A DNA stretch of 64,000 nt from an uncultured bacterium (GTDB lineage Bacteria; Verrucomicrobiota; Verrucomicrobiia; Verrucomicrobiales; Akkermansiaceae): NCBI GenBank assembly GCA_945947905.1, contig CAMEZO010000002.1, forward strand, positions 1,871 to 65,870, given 5' to 3'. The position numbers and the translations under genes were made by a program. The notes beneath the pieces are model-generated. The model searched no databases. It saw nothing but the letters and a program-made list of their open reading frames with translations, and had not been told where the DNA came from. This document shows, piece by piece, positions 43,361 through 53,662 of this stretch; within the stretch, counting starts at the first letter, position 1; each line of letters starts with the position of its first letter.

Positions 43361-44833
43361 TTATTCACCGTTGTGCACAGGCGATTCCGGCTCCGGGGTA
43401 TCGGAAGGCGCCTCGGCGGACGGAGCGGCCTGCTTGGGCTTGGAAGGGGCCTTCCCGGAGCGTTGTTTGCGGCGGGGGAGGCGCTCACGGGTGGGTGCAG
43501 GCGGCGCGGCCTCGCCCTTGGGGTACCAGAGGGTATTGTCGTTCATGACCACCAGGAAGCCCTGCTCGAGCAGCCAGATGAGGTCCGCAGCGTAGGGCGC
43601 GAAAGCCTGTGTGGATTCCTCTGTGCCCGCGGCGGTGCCGGAGAGGGCCGCAAACATGGCATCCACGCGCTCCCCGGAGTGCTCCTTAGCCCAAGCCACA
43701 ATGGCCGACATGCGGTCGGCGAGGGTGGTATCCGCCGGGATGGCGCGCACGCGGCTGGGGCCGGTGTAGTGGTTGCCCTGCCACTTGAAGATGGGCATAT
43801 GCGTGCGGGCCATGCCGTGGCAGAGGTTGGGGATGAGGATCTGCGGGTGCTCGCGGGTGCGAGAGGCTTGGGTGTAGAGGTGCGCCTCCAGACCGGGGGA
43901 GAGGAGCGCTGCCGGCGTGGCGCCGTTCACGAAGACCTTGTCCACGACCTCGTAGGCGTCGGTGTAGTGGTTGGCCAGGAAGTCGGCCTGCACGTCCTTG
44001 AGGCTCTCCAGGGGAGTCTCGGCAGCCCCTTCCCGGGTGGGACGCCAAACGTTCTTGGTGCTGACCTGCTGCAGCCACTGTGCGACGACCTCCTCACCCT
44101 TCTCGGTAACGATGCTGTTCTTGAAGGCATCCAGCGGCATGCGGGAGTATTTGGTGCGGTAGAGCTGCATGAGGGCCGCCTGGTGGCCATGCCAGCTGTT
44201 CGGGCCGATGAGCTCGCCGCCCAGGCTGCACTTGGCAATGGCGGAGAAAGCGCCCTTGGGAGGATCTGCCTGCAGCTGCTCCGTCGTGTAAAATTCGGAG
44301 AACCAGGGGGCCTTCGGCAGGTAGTCCAAGGCCTCCTCCTGCGTCAGCCAGCAGGCGCCGTCGCCTTTCTTGGAGTGGATGAGCATGGGGCCGTTATCCA
44401 GCCGCATGAAGACGAGGTCATAGCGATCCTTGCCGGCCATGATGAAGCTCGCTACGCTGAGGAGCGGGAAGGCGCGCTTGTGCTCCTGCACCTCCTTGGC
44501 GAAGACCTCGAGGCTGCTGTTGGTGGGGCGAAGTTCCACGCGGAAGCCCTCCGCCGGTTTGACCGTGCGGCGTGCCGGGCGCCTGTCTTCCCTCCGGGGG
44601 CGCCGCTCGCCGCGGTCTGCGCCGCTGCGTCGCTCACCGACCGGTGCTGCGCCGTCGCGTCCGGGCCGACGCCCGGGGCCGCCGGGGCGGTTACCCCTGC
44701 GTTCGCCTCCTTTGCGGGGCTCTCGGGGTTCGCGGTATGTTATCGGTGTGGTCGGTGCTCCCTCCTTGGCCCAGTCCGGCGCAAAGCGGAAATCTGTCAA
44801 ATCCGAAAGGTCAAATTGCGGTTTTTCACCCAT
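43361..44833 (-). CDS. Conserved hypothetical protein
   Basis: 490-aa ORF with an Arg/Gly/Pro-rich N-terminal region and host codon usage; no family recognised. Confidence 0.75.
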   Translation of the reverse strand: MGEKPQFDLSDLTDFRFAPDWAKEGAPTTPITYREPREPRKGGERRGNRPGGPGRRPGRDGAAPVGERRSGADRGERRPRREDRRPARRTVKPAEGFRVELRPTNSSLEVFAKEVQEHKRAFPLLSVASFIMAGKDRYDLVFMRLDNGPMLIHSKKGDGACWLTQEEALDYLPKAPWFSEFYTTEQLQADPPKGAFSAIAKCSLGGELIGPNSWHGHQAALMQLYRTKYSRMPLDAFKNSIVTEKGEEVVAQWLQQVSTKNVWRPTREGAAETPLESLKDVQADFLANHYTDAYEVVDKVFVNGATPAALLSPGLEAHLYTQASRTREHPQILIPNLCHGMARTHMPIFKWQGNHYTGPSRVRAIPADTTLADRMSAIVAWAKEHSGERVDAMFAALSGTAAGTEESTQAFAPYAADLIWLLEQGFLVVMNDNTLWYPKGEAAPPAPTRERLPRRKQRSGKAPSKPKQAAPSAEAPSDTPEPESPVHNGE

Positions 44834-44950
44834 GTTGAATATCGTTAAGCTCGCCTATAGCCTACCCCGAAAAAGGCGGTTTGGCAATACTATTTTGCGG
44901 CCCGGACGCAAAAAAAGCGGATTTTCGGGCATTTCTGCGGGCCTGCGGGG

Positions 44951-46576
44951 CTATTCCTCGGTGAATTCCACGCCCAGCAGGCAGATGTCATCATCCTGTC
45001 CGGGCTTGCCGGCGTAGGAGTGCATGGCGTTCAGGGAAGTCTCGATGACCTGCTTGATGCCGTCGGGCGGGTTGTCCTGCAAGATGCGGAGGAGGCGGTC
45101 GACCCCCAGCTCATCGCCGTTGGTGTCGCGGGCCTCGGTCAGGCCATCGGTGAAGAGCATGAGCTTCATACCCGGCTCGAGCTTCTGCTCACTCTCCCGG
45201 AAGTTGGTGTGGGGCAGCAGGCCCAGGGCAGGGGACCGGGGAATGACGGGCTGGTGGGCTTTGCCGTCTGCGGTGATGATGATGGGGGCGGGATGACCGG
45301 CCCCGGAGAGGGTGAGGCGTTTGCGCTCCAAGTCCAGGTAAACGTAGAAGGCGGAGGCAAACATAGAGATGTTGGCCTGGGTGAAGATGCGGTTGAGTTG
45401 GTAGTTGAGGGAGTTGAGCAGCAGGCCCGGTGTGTCTGCCAAGTTGGCTACCTGTTCCGTGAGTCCCCGCAGCATGGAGACGATGAGGGCGGCGTGCACC
45501 CCGTGCCCCATCACATCGCAGATGAGCATGCCGAGGCCGCTGTCCCCCACGGGGAAGACGGCATAGCAGTCTCCCGCCACGCCGTCGCAGGGCATGTAGA
45601 CATGGTGGAAGTGCGCGCGGCTGGTCTTGCCGTCCTTGCGCACGCAGATGCGGTCCGGAATGCTGCGGGGCTGCAGGGCCAGCTGAATTTCCCTCGCCAG
45701 GCTGATCTCGTTTTCGAGGACGTCCGTGCGCTCGCGCAGTTCCTCGGCCGCGCGCTGGTAGCGGTGGCGGGATTCGATAAGCTCCGTGACGTCTGAGGAG
45801 ATGCCGACGATGCCTTTGATGCGGCCGGCGGAGTCATACCACGGGAACTTGGAGACGCGGCTCCACGAGTCCGCCCCGCCTTTCCACGTCTCGTGGTGGA
45901 TGCGGTTGGTGATGGGTTTGCCGGTCTGCATGATTTGCAGCTCCTCCCGGCGGGCAATGTCGCTCATCTCGCCGGAGAAGAAGTTGTCGTCCCGGCACCC
46001 GATGAGGTCGGCGGGGGTGGGGACGCCCATTTTGCGGGCTGTGGCTTCGTTGGCGATGACGAAGCGTGACTCCCGGCTCTTGAAGTAGATATTGTCCGGC
46101 AGGTGGTTGATGAGGGTGCGGAAGAGGTCGCGCTCCTCCATGGCGTGCCAGTCGGCCATCTTGCGGCGCGTGATGTCGACCCACACGCCCACCAGGCAGT
46201 CACTGCCGTCCTCGGCGTTTTTCTCCAGCAGACCGTTGACGCGTACCCAGCGCCAGCCGCGGGAGTTCTGGTTGAGCAGCCGCACCTCCACACGCAACGG
46301 GTTCATCGTGGGGCGGTCGATGTAGTGCTGCACGGTGGAGAGGAAGAACTTGCGGTCCTCCTCATGGATGCAGATGTCGGCCTCCGTGAAGATGTTGGGC
46401 GCAATGTCGTGGATGGGCATGCCCAGCATGTGCATGCACTGCTCCGTGTAGTAAATCTGGTTGTTCGTCAGGTTCCAGCAGTAGACACCCTCTTCCGCCG
46501 CCTTCAGAGCTTTCCTCAGAAGACGCCACCCGAAGACCCCGGGGGCTGTGCGCGTCACTTTGCCGTCGTCTTTCAT
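44951..46576 (-). CDS. PAS-PAS-PP2C (SpoIIE/RsbU-type) phosphatase
   Basis: Two PAS/PAC regions; AREIQLAL, VAGDCY, CDVMGHG, FTDGLTE, DDICLL. Start ATG 46576. Confidence 0.9.
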   Translation of the reverse strand: MKDDGKVTRTAPGVFGWRLLRKALKAAEEGVYCWNLTNNQIYYTEQCMHMLGMPIHDIAPNIFTEADICIHEEDRKFFLSTVQHYIDRPTMNPLRVEVRLLNQNSRGWRWVRVNGLLEKNAEDGSDCLVGVWVDITRRKMADWHAMEERDLFRTLINHLPDNIYFKSRESRFVIANEATARKMGVPTPADLIGCRDDNFFSGEMSDIARREELQIMQTGKPITNRIHHETWKGGADSWSRVSKFPWYDSAGRIKGIVGISSDVTELIESRHRYQRAAEELRERTDVLENEISLAREIQLALQPRSIPDRICVRKDGKTSRAHFHHVYMPCDGVAGDCYAVFPVGDSGLGMLICDVMGHGVHAALIVSMLRGLTEQVANLADTPGLLLNSLNYQLNRIFTQANISMFASAFYVYLDLERKRLTLSGAGHPAPIIITADGKAHQPVIPRSPALGLLPHTNFRESEQKLEPGMKLMLFTDGLTEARDTNGDELGVDRLLRILQDNPPDGIKQVIETSLNAMHSYAGKPGQDDDICLLGVEFTEE

Positions 46577-46768
46577 CCGTATTCCCCCAGTATACACCAT
46601 CCCCACCGCCTTTCAAGCAGAAAATGCGGAAATCAGAAAGAAAATCTCACCCCAAAGGCGTATGCCGAGCGGGGATGGGCTTACAGAGTCCGGGATATAG
46701 AATGAGACAAAATGTGGACAATTGAATAAGAAATGTAGACCTTTTGTCCCCATCATCCCCCGAAACAA

Positions 46769-46802
46769 CGCCGCCGAGCTCGGCTTGCGGAACTCGGCGG
46801 CG
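46769..46802 (-). terminator. Stem-loop after the M42 peptidase gene
   Basis: CGCCGCCGAG / CTCGGCGGCG 10-bp inverted repeat. Confidence 0.55.
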
Positions 46803-46824
46803 GGGGAAGAGAGGTGAGGGGACC

Positions 46825-47901
46825 TCAGCTCAGGGAGCGGGTCTTCTGCTGCCAAGACCAGTCCCAGCGGGTGAGGTTGGTGAAGCAGGCAGCCAGCATG
46901 TCCACGGAGGCTTGGATGTCCGACTTGTTGGCCATCTCGATGCTCTGGTGGACGTTGCGCACGGGGATGGAAACGGCTCCGGTGACAGCGCCGCCGGCGG
47001 TGAATTTCTGCATGGCACCGGCGTCCGTGCCGCCTGCCGCGAGCAGCTCGAGCTGGTAGGGGATGTCCTTCTCCTTGCCCAGGGCGGTCATGTACTTGAC
47101 CATGCGGCTGTCTGTTACCAGAGTTCCGTCGTACACCTTCACGGCCGTACCCTTGCCCAGCACGGTGCATTTATCATGCGCGCCGGAGCCGGGGGTGTCG
47201 AAGGCGATGGTGGTGTCCAGCGCAAAGGCGAAGTCGGGTTGAATCTTGAGCGTAGCGGCGTGGGCACCGCGCAGGCCGACCTCCTCCTGCACCGTGAAGA
47301 CGGCGTAGAGGTCGTAGTCCGGCAGGTCACCCTTGCTGCGGATGTCGCGCACGGCCTCGATGAGCATGTAGCAGCCGCCGCGGTTGTCGATGCTCTTCAC
47401 GTTCAGGCAGTCGCCCATCTCCACCAAGTCACCGATGCGGGTGATCGCATCGCCGATGGAGACGTATTTTTCGACCTCCTCCTTGGGCAGGCCCAAGTCG
47501 ACCACGTAGTCCGTGAGGGCCGGCATTTTGGTGCGCTCCTCCGGGGTCATCACATGGATGGGCTTCACCCCCATGCAGCCGGGCAGGTCCTTGCTGCCGT
47601 GCACGGTTACGCGCTGGGCGGTCAGGGTCTTGGGGTCAAATCCGCCCAGGGGGAGGATGCGGATGAATCCGTTGTCATCGATGTGGCGCACGATGAAGCC
47701 GATTTCGTCCATGTGGGCGGCGCACATGATCTTCTTGTCGGAGCTCTTGCCCTTAATGAGGCAGGTGACGTTACCGATGTTGTCTACCTCCACGCTGTCG
47801 GCCAGCGGGGTCATCTCGCGCAGGATGAGGTTGCGGATGCCGTACTCGAAGCCCGGGGCGCCGGAGGCCTCGCACAATTCCTTGAAGAGTTGAATGTTCA
47901 T
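46825..47901 (-). CDS. M42 family metallo-aminopeptidase
   Basis: AAHMDEIGFIV, LGGFDP, SIDNRGG, TVQEEVGLRGA, GGTDAG. Promoter TTGCCA-17-TATAAA lies 7 nt before ATG 47901. Confidence 0.92.
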   Translation of the reverse strand: MNIQLFKELCEASGAPGFEYGIRNLILREMTPLADSVEVDNIGNVTCLIKGKSSDKKIMCAAHMDEIGFIVRHIDDNGFIRILPLGGFDPKTLTAQRVTVHGSKDLPGCMGVKPIHVMTPEERTKMPALTDYVVDLGLPKEEVEKYVSIGDAITRIGDLVEMGDCLNVKSIDNRGGCYMLIEAVRDIRSKGDLPDYDLYAVFTVQEEVGLRGAHAATLKIQPDFAFALDTTIAFDTPGSGAHDKCTVLGKGTAVKVYDGTLVTDSRMVKYMTALGKEKDIPYQLELLAAGGTDAGAMQKFTAGGAVTGAVSIPVRNVHQSIEMANKSDIQASVDMLAACFTNLTRWDWSWQQKTRSLS

Positions 47902-48003
47902 CGAGCTCTTTATACTCCTTTTCCGGCGGAATGGCAAGGCGAAATCGGGGATGCAGGCGTAATTTTTGCTTGACTCGGCGGGCGGGTTTGCTATGCTGGG
48001 AGC

Positions 48004-50301
48004 ATGACTAAACCAGCCATGCTAGCGCTTGCCGTTGCACTCGCTGCTGCTCCCGTGCCGGGGCAGCAGCCGTTGCAGAAGATCGCGGATTCCCTCGAGG
48101 TGACCTCGCCCGCCCCCGGTGCAAAGACCTTGCAACTGCCCAAGGCGCAGAACGCCAAGGTGGAGTTCCTGTGCGCGGACTACGAGCAGATTGTGGACAA
48201 GAAGGGCAACATCAAGGCCGATGCGCTCCTCAGTGAGGTGCCGGTGAACGTGGCCTTCAAGGTGACGGGCGCGGATGGTAAGAGCGTCATCAGCAAGGAT
48301 TACGAGCTGAAACTGCAGCCTGCCGATGCGGCGCTGCAGGGGAATGCCAAGCCCGTGGTGGTGCCGGCTTTGTTGGAGTGGCGCGGAGGCGAGGGGAACT
48401 TCACCTTCGGCAACAGCATTGTCGCTCCCAAGGAGCTGGCGGAGGTGTTCAGCAGCGAGTTCGGTGCCGTTGTGGGGCGCCCCGTTTCCGTGAAGAATAA
48501 GGCGGGGAAGGGGAGCATTTTGTTCTCGGTGGACAAGGCATTGGATGCGGAGTGCTACACGCTGGATATTCGTCCGGAGGGTGTTGTGGTGAAGGGCGGT
48601 GACCGGGCCGGTCTGGTGTGGGGTGCCCGCAGTCTCATGCAGATTCTTCGACAAACAGGTGGCACCGTTCCCTGCGGACGGGCGGCGGATATGCCGCGTT
48701 TCCGGGTTCGCGGTTTCATGTTGGATGTGGCCCGCACGCCCATTACGCTTGAGGCGATCAAGGACATCATCCGCATGATGTCGTGGTTCAAGATGAATGA
48801 CCTGCATTTGCACCTGAGTGATAACTATATCTTCCACGAGCAGTATGTGGACGAGGGTAAGGACCCCTTCAAGGAGAGCTACGCGGCGTTCCGCTTGGAG
48901 TCGAATGTGGTCGGCCCCAACGGGCACAAACTGACGGCGCAGGATGTTTTCTATACCAAGAAGGAGTTCATGGAGCTGGTGCAGTTCGCCAAGCTGCGCG
49001 GTGTGAACATCGTGCCGGAGTTCGATGTGCCCGGGCACGCGCTGGCCTTCACCCGTGTGCGTCCGGATCTCATTTATCAGGGTCCGATGAATCATTTCGA
49101 GAAGCGCCGCTGCGAGATGCTGGATGCTTCGTCCGATGAGACGCTGCGCTTCGTGAACAGCGTGTTCGATGAGTTCCTGAACAAGGACGCCAAGCTCGGC
49201 AAGGCGGTGTTCGGGGATTGCAAGGTGGTGCATGTGGGGGCGGATGAGTTCTTCGGCGCGGCGGAGGATTATCGCCGTTTCGCGGACGGCTTGCTCAAGC
49301 ATGTGCTCGCCAAGCACCACACGCCGCGCATCTGGGGCAGCCTGAATACCAAGAAGGGTAAGACGCCCGTGCAGGCTAAGGGGGTGCAGATGAACCTGTG
49401 GAACGGTGGCTGGGCTAAGGCTTGGGATTCCGTGGAGCAGGGCTATGATGTGATTAACACCAATGACGGGCACCTCTACATTGTGCCCTTTGCGCCCTAC
49501 TACCGCATGGATAAGAATCACAAGTGGGTGTATAACCACTGGTTGCCCAACCGCATCGGCAACGAGACGCTGCCTGCCGGGCATCCGCAGTTGATCGGTG
49601 CGACTTTCGCTGTGTGGAATGATATGACGGACCGCAAGCACACGGGCTACGGGGCCTATGACCTCTGGAAGACCATCAGTGAGTCCTCTGATATCGTTTC
49701 GCAGAAGATGTGGGGGACGACGTCGGTGCCGCGTGATTTTGAGGCTCATCGCGCGCTGATTGAGAAGCTCGGTTTTGCTCCGCAGTGCAACCCGCTTTAT
49801 CTCCCGAAGGAGTACAAGCCCATCGAGGCGAAGGTGACTTCCGTGCCTTACCGGCTCAATCGCCCCGCGCTCGGGCCGAATTACGAGCTTACCATGGAGG
49901 TGGAGCTGAAGGATAACAAGACGGCCGGGCAGGAGCTGCTCAGCGGGAGCTCCGGTCGCTTGTTGGCGGTGAACAGCCGCGGGCATGTGGGCTTTGTGCG
50001 CGATGATACCATGGAGTTCGATTTCGGGGTGGCTCTGCCCGTCGGTAAGAAGGTGAAGCTGCAGCTCATCGGCACGCCGGGTTCCACGCGCCTGTTCATT
50101 GACGGGCAGGAGGCGAAGGATGTCTCGCTGGTGTCTTTCCACGATAACAAGGCGGATCTCTGTTCCACCTTTATTCTGCCGCTCAACACCATCGGCATGA
50201 ACCTGCGCGGTACGGTGTCTTCCTTCCGCGTTGTGCCCTCCAAGCCCGGTGAGAACGCAGCGGCGGGTATCATCAAGGAGGGACAGGCTACTCAACTTTA
50301 A
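48004..50301 (+). CDS. GH20 beta-N-acetylhexosaminidase
   Basis: Signal peptide; D-x-PRFRVRGFMLDVAR, IVPEFDVPGH, catalytic HVGADE, FAVWND. Confidence 0.93.
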   Translation: MTKPAMLALAVALAAAPVPGQQPLQKIADSLEVTSPAPGAKTLQLPKAQNAKVEFLCADYEQIVDKKGNIKADALLSEVPVNVAFKVTGADGKSVISKDYELKLQPADAALQGNAKPVVVPALLEWRGGEGNFTFGNSIVAPKELAEVFSSEFGAVVGRPVSVKNKAGKGSILFSVDKALDAECYTLDIRPEGVVVKGGDRAGLVWGARSLMQILRQTGGTVPCGRAADMPRFRVRGFMLDVARTPITLEAIKDIIRMMSWFKMNDLHLHLSDNYIFHEQYVDEGKDPFKESYAAFRLESNVVGPNGHKLTAQDVFYTKKEFMELVQFAKLRGVNIVPEFDVPGHALAFTRVRPDLIYQGPMNHFEKRRCEMLDASSDETLRFVNSVFDEFLNKDAKLGKAVFGDCKVVHVGADEFFGAAEDYRRFADGLLKHVLAKHHTPRIWGSLNTKKGKTPVQAKGVQMNLWNGGWAKAWDSVEQGYDVINTNDGHLYIVPFAPYYRMDKNHKWVYNHWLPNRIGNETLPAGHPQLIGATFAVWNDMTDRKHTGYGAYDLWKTISESSDIVSQKMWGTTSVPRDFEAHRALIEKLGFAPQCNPLYLPKEYKPIEAKVTSVPYRLNRPALGPNYELTMEVELKDNKTAGQELLSGSSGRLLAVNSRGHVGFVRDDTMEFDFGVALPVGKKVKLQLIGTPGSTRLFIDGQEAKDVSLVSFHDNKADLCSTFILPLNTIGMNLRGTVSSFRVVPSKPGENAAAGIIKEGQATQL

Positions 50302-50308
50302 CCCGACT

Positions 50309-50647
50309 ATGGACGCTGACGAGGAGTTCCGTCTCGGTGCCGAGTGCTTCCGTTCAGGTCAGGCCGCGGCCGGCGCAGATCACCTGCGCCGTGCCGCCTT
50401 CGCCGGGCATCCGGATGCGCAGAATCAGCTGGCCCGCATCTACTTTGCCCAAACCAAATCGCGCCGGGACCTGGCCTCCCTTGAGTCCGCCGCCCAAGCC
50501 GGCGACCACGTCGCGCTCTTCGTCCTCGCTATGTGCCTCATCCAAGGCACTATCATCGACAAAGACACCGACAAGGCCCTCGCCGCCCTCCGCCTCGCCG
50601 CCGACCGCGGCAACCTCATGGCCGCCTCTATGCTCGCGCATTCCTGA
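50309..50647 (+). CDS. Sel1-repeat protein
   Basis: AAFAGHPDAQNQLA, AAQAGDHVALFVLA, AADRGNLMA repeats. Confidence 0.75.
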   Translation: MDADEEFRLGAECFRSGQAAAGADHLRRAAFAGHPDAQNQLARIYFAQTKSRRDLASLESAAQAGDHVALFVLAMCLIQGTIIDKDTDKALAALRLAADRGNLMAASMLAHS

Positions 50648-50648
50648 G

Positions 50649-50676
50649 CCCCCTACCGGGAGATACCGGTAGGGGG
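50649..50676. terminator. Hairpin between convergent genes
   Basis: 11-bp perfect stem CCCCCTACCGG / CCGGTAGGGGG. Confidence 0.65.
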
Positions 50677-50714
50677 GGGCATTGCGGGACTCTCTTCCTT
50701 TGTATTACCCTTCT

Positions 50715-53417
50715 TCAGTGTTGCACACTCCTCCTGCGGCGGCGGTATGCTGTCCCGAGGAGGGAGATCAGCGCAAGTATGGCGGTTGATGGCTCCGGAA
50801 CGATGGTGAGCGAGCCGCTGAGTACAAGTGTATTGCCGCTTACCGAATAGACTGCGTTGTTGACCGTTATGCTCCAATCGGATACGATATCCGGGTTAAA
50901 CAGGCCTTCTGTTTCATCCGTCAGGGTGAATGTTGTGTTCTGCAACAGGGTGGCTAAGACGTCGCTGCTGAGAGCCTCGTACCCGGCCCCCCCGGTAATC
51001 AGTGTCAGAGAGAAATCTTGAGACGTATGGAGCAGGTTGATATCCAGCATGTTCCCTCCCAAGGCAATGACGATCTTTGCCCCGTCTTGAATGGTCAGAG
51101 TGCCCGAATTCAGAGTGATCTGGGAGTAGGTGTTGCTGGCCCAGCCGACGTTGCTGCCGGAGGAGGGAGTATCCAGCCCGTCAACGCTAAATACGGTAGT
51201 AGAACCTGCCTGTAGCTCCAGGCTCTCATAGTTCGGGCAGCCGGGGGAATTCCCCACCACAAGCTGGCCTCCGCTTTGTATCTGCACCTTGCCCGCGACT
51301 GTGCCGCTACCGGAGAAGGTGCCGAGTACATCGACCAAGCTCACTGTCACATTTCCATCATTCGAAAGTACACTGTCGCTCACGACACGCAGTACTCCAT
51401 CGTCTGATTCCGGGGTGACTTTGATGCTGCTGCCTGCACTCAGGCGGCTCGTCTCATGGCTGATGGTTTCCAGCGCTGCCCCTTTCCACTCTAAGGTGCT
51501 GCTGCTTCCTTCCTGCAGGGCAACTCGAGCCTCCGTCTCTTTTGAATTGTTGACATAGGTGCCGATGGTACCCACGGTGCACTCTTCGGTGCCCTGTTCT
51601 ACCGTCATGCTACCTCCGCTCAGGGCAATGTTCTCACTTCCTGTTTTCTTGTTCAGCTGGTCTGTGCTCAGGCCTAAGGTGATGTTCTCGCCGATCTCGT
51701 GGCGGTAAGAGAAGGTGTAATTTGCGTGGTCAGATGTCAGCCCGATCCCGTTACGCAGCGCCGTGTTGATGCTAGCCAAATCCGTTTGACTCAAATACTG
51801 CATGCTGTCTTTGCCCACCAGCAGTGTCCCGAGGGTGATGACTCCGCTATCGGCGGTCGCCTCGCTACCGTAGGCGGCACCATAGACGGCATTCATGGAG
51901 CTTAAGCCTGTTTGCAGGTCGATCGTCATTTCCGGTGGGGTGGTTGTCTCCTGCGCGGTGCGTCCGGAAATACTTGCCGAGCCGGTTTGAAATTCTGCGC
52001 CGCCGTATAACACGATTGTTCCGGTTTCTCCGTCTCCGCCGCTGTACTGAATTGTCCCGTGATTCACTACCGGGCTGCCGGAGTAGATCTCACAGGATTT
52101 TGCAGTGAGGGTTGATGTGTCATCGATAGTCAGAGATGCTCCTCCATAGATAGCAATGCCTTCAGTAGCTACAATCCCTGAACCATTCGATAGTGATGTG
52201 GTAGCAGAATTCAAGTATACAGCTGCACTCTTGAGAAACGAATGGTCGGTTGCTGTTACGTTAGCCCCATTGTATATTTTCAACTGGCTGTCTGCCTGAA
52301 TAAGCCCATTCGTCGATACAACAATCTCCGGTTTAAAACCAGCATTACCGAAATAGATGGTCTCAGTGGCGTGTAATTTTGCCCCGTTTGAGACGGTAAG
52401 TGAACCTGTTGCATCTTCCCGTCCCTCCACTGGTGTTCCCACTGCAAAGTATAAGGTTCCGTTGATTTCATAGGTGGAGGCATTCCCTTCTGTATCTGTG
52501 CCATCTATCAGCATGTTGACATGTGTGTCTGCATAATATGCGGCATAGACAGTAGTTCTTACGGTGTCAGTGCCGGCGCGCATGATAGCACCATCTGTGA
52601 TATTGATATGGTTTTGGGATGACCCGACCCATCCCCATATGACATAGTTGGGGGAATCAACCGAGACTGAAGTAAACTCTGACCCGGTGCCAGTTACATT
52701 GAGTGTTAAGTTTCCGGCGTAAATCCCCATACCGAGATTAAGTTTAGAGCCACTTTCTACACTGATCTCTGCGGAGCTGAGGACGTTTCCACTTGGTGCC
52801 GTATCACATTGGAATCCCCCGTTCGCTATGCTGTACTCGCGATAGAGTGTGTCGCCCTCCACTCCCTGATATGTTCCGCAAACATGCCCTGAGGTGTTTG
52901 AGTCCTGCGGAAGCGTGGCATATGAAATTGAGCCGGCAAAAAGGCAGTGATAGACGTAGAGTTCAGACTTGTTCTTCAAAACCAGCTTGCCGTCACCATC
53001 CCGACCTCCTACAACCAAGGAATTGGAATAGCCCCTACCTGTTGAAGTCGGTCCTGTTTGTTTGTAAGTGGCATTGTCGAGCTCAAGGCATGCGTTCACG
53101 CCGCCTATGGTCAGGTTCGGACCATCTCTGTAGGTGTCATTGGTAATGTGGTAGTTTGTGAGCTGCATCGTGCCCTCCCGCACCACAAGGGAGTAGAGCA
53201 TGGCTGCATCTCGATTCACGACAAGGGTCCCCTGTCCATCTTTGACGATAACAGTCTGACTCTTATCCGTATTTTCGGTTCCCAAATTGCCCGTAAAGGT
53301 TTCCGTGCCGGTTGAGACCGTGATGATCTCCTCCGGGCGCATGGCATCGTATGCCCACAAGCTACTCTGGGCGGCAAGTATCCCCAGCACAGCCGCGATA
53401 AACAGATTCCTTTTCAT
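50715..53417 (-). CDS. PEP-CTERM surface protein with autotransporter-associated beta-strand repeat, 900 aa
   Basis: Signal peptide MKRNLFIAAVLG, KDGQGTLVV repeat, GNSPG motif, C-terminal VPEPSTAILALISLLGTAYRRRRR. Confidence 0.88.
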   Translation of the reverse strand: MKRNLFIAAVLGILAAQSSLWAYDAMRPEEIITVSTGTETFTGNLGTENTDKSQTVIVKDGQGTLVVNRDAAMLYSLVVREGTMQLTNYHITNDTYRDGPNLTIGGVNACLELDNATYKQTGPTSTGRGYSNSLVVGGRDGDGKLVLKNKSELYVYHCLFAGSISYATLPQDSNTSGHVCGTYQGVEGDTLYREYSIANGGFQCDTAPSGNVLSSAEISVESGSKLNLGMGIYAGNLTLNVTGTGSEFTSVSVDSPNYVIWGWVGSSQNHINITDGAIMRAGTDTVRTTVYAAYYADTHVNMLIDGTDTEGNASTYEINGTLYFAVGTPVEGREDATGSLTVSNGAKLHATETIYFGNAGFKPEIVVSTNGLIQADSQLKIYNGANVTATDHSFLKSAAVYLNSATTSLSNGSGIVATEGIAIYGGASLTIDDTSTLTAKSCEIYSGSPVVNHGTIQYSGGDGETGTIVLYGGAEFQTGSASISGRTAQETTTPPEMTIDLQTGLSSMNAVYGAAYGSEATADSGVITLGTLLVGKDSMQYLSQTDLASINTALRNGIGLTSDHANYTFSYRHEIGENITLGLSTDQLNKKTGSENIALSGGSMTVEQGTEECTVGTIGTYVNNSKETEARVALQEGSSSTLEWKGAALETISHETSRLSAGSSIKVTPESDDGVLRVVSDSVLSNDGNVTVSLVDVLGTFSGSGTVAGKVQIQSGGQLVVGNSPGCPNYESLELQAGSTTVFSVDGLDTPSSGSNVGWASNTYSQITLNSGTLTIQDGAKIVIALGGNMLDINLLHTSQDFSLTLITGGAGYEALSSDVLATLLQNTTFTLTDETEGLFNPDIVSDWSITVNNAVYSVSGNTLVLSGSLTIVPEPSTAILALISLLGTAYRRRRRSVQH

Positions 53418-53662
53418 CAAATTGAGTGTACGGCATTTTGAATGCTGTAGCAAGCCAAAAATGCGGATTTCCCTCATTTTTTCAGCACTTTTTTCTGGCC
53501 TTCTGCCGAAAAAAAAGGAGAGGGCAAAAACACCCAAATTCAACGCAACTCGTTGAGCATCAACGAGTTATATGCCCTATGCATTCTGAATGCTGTAGGC
53601 ACGCTCCCTCCGTCGCATTCCAAGTGAGGTGCCTTATCGGAGGAATGCCTCACCCGATGGAA

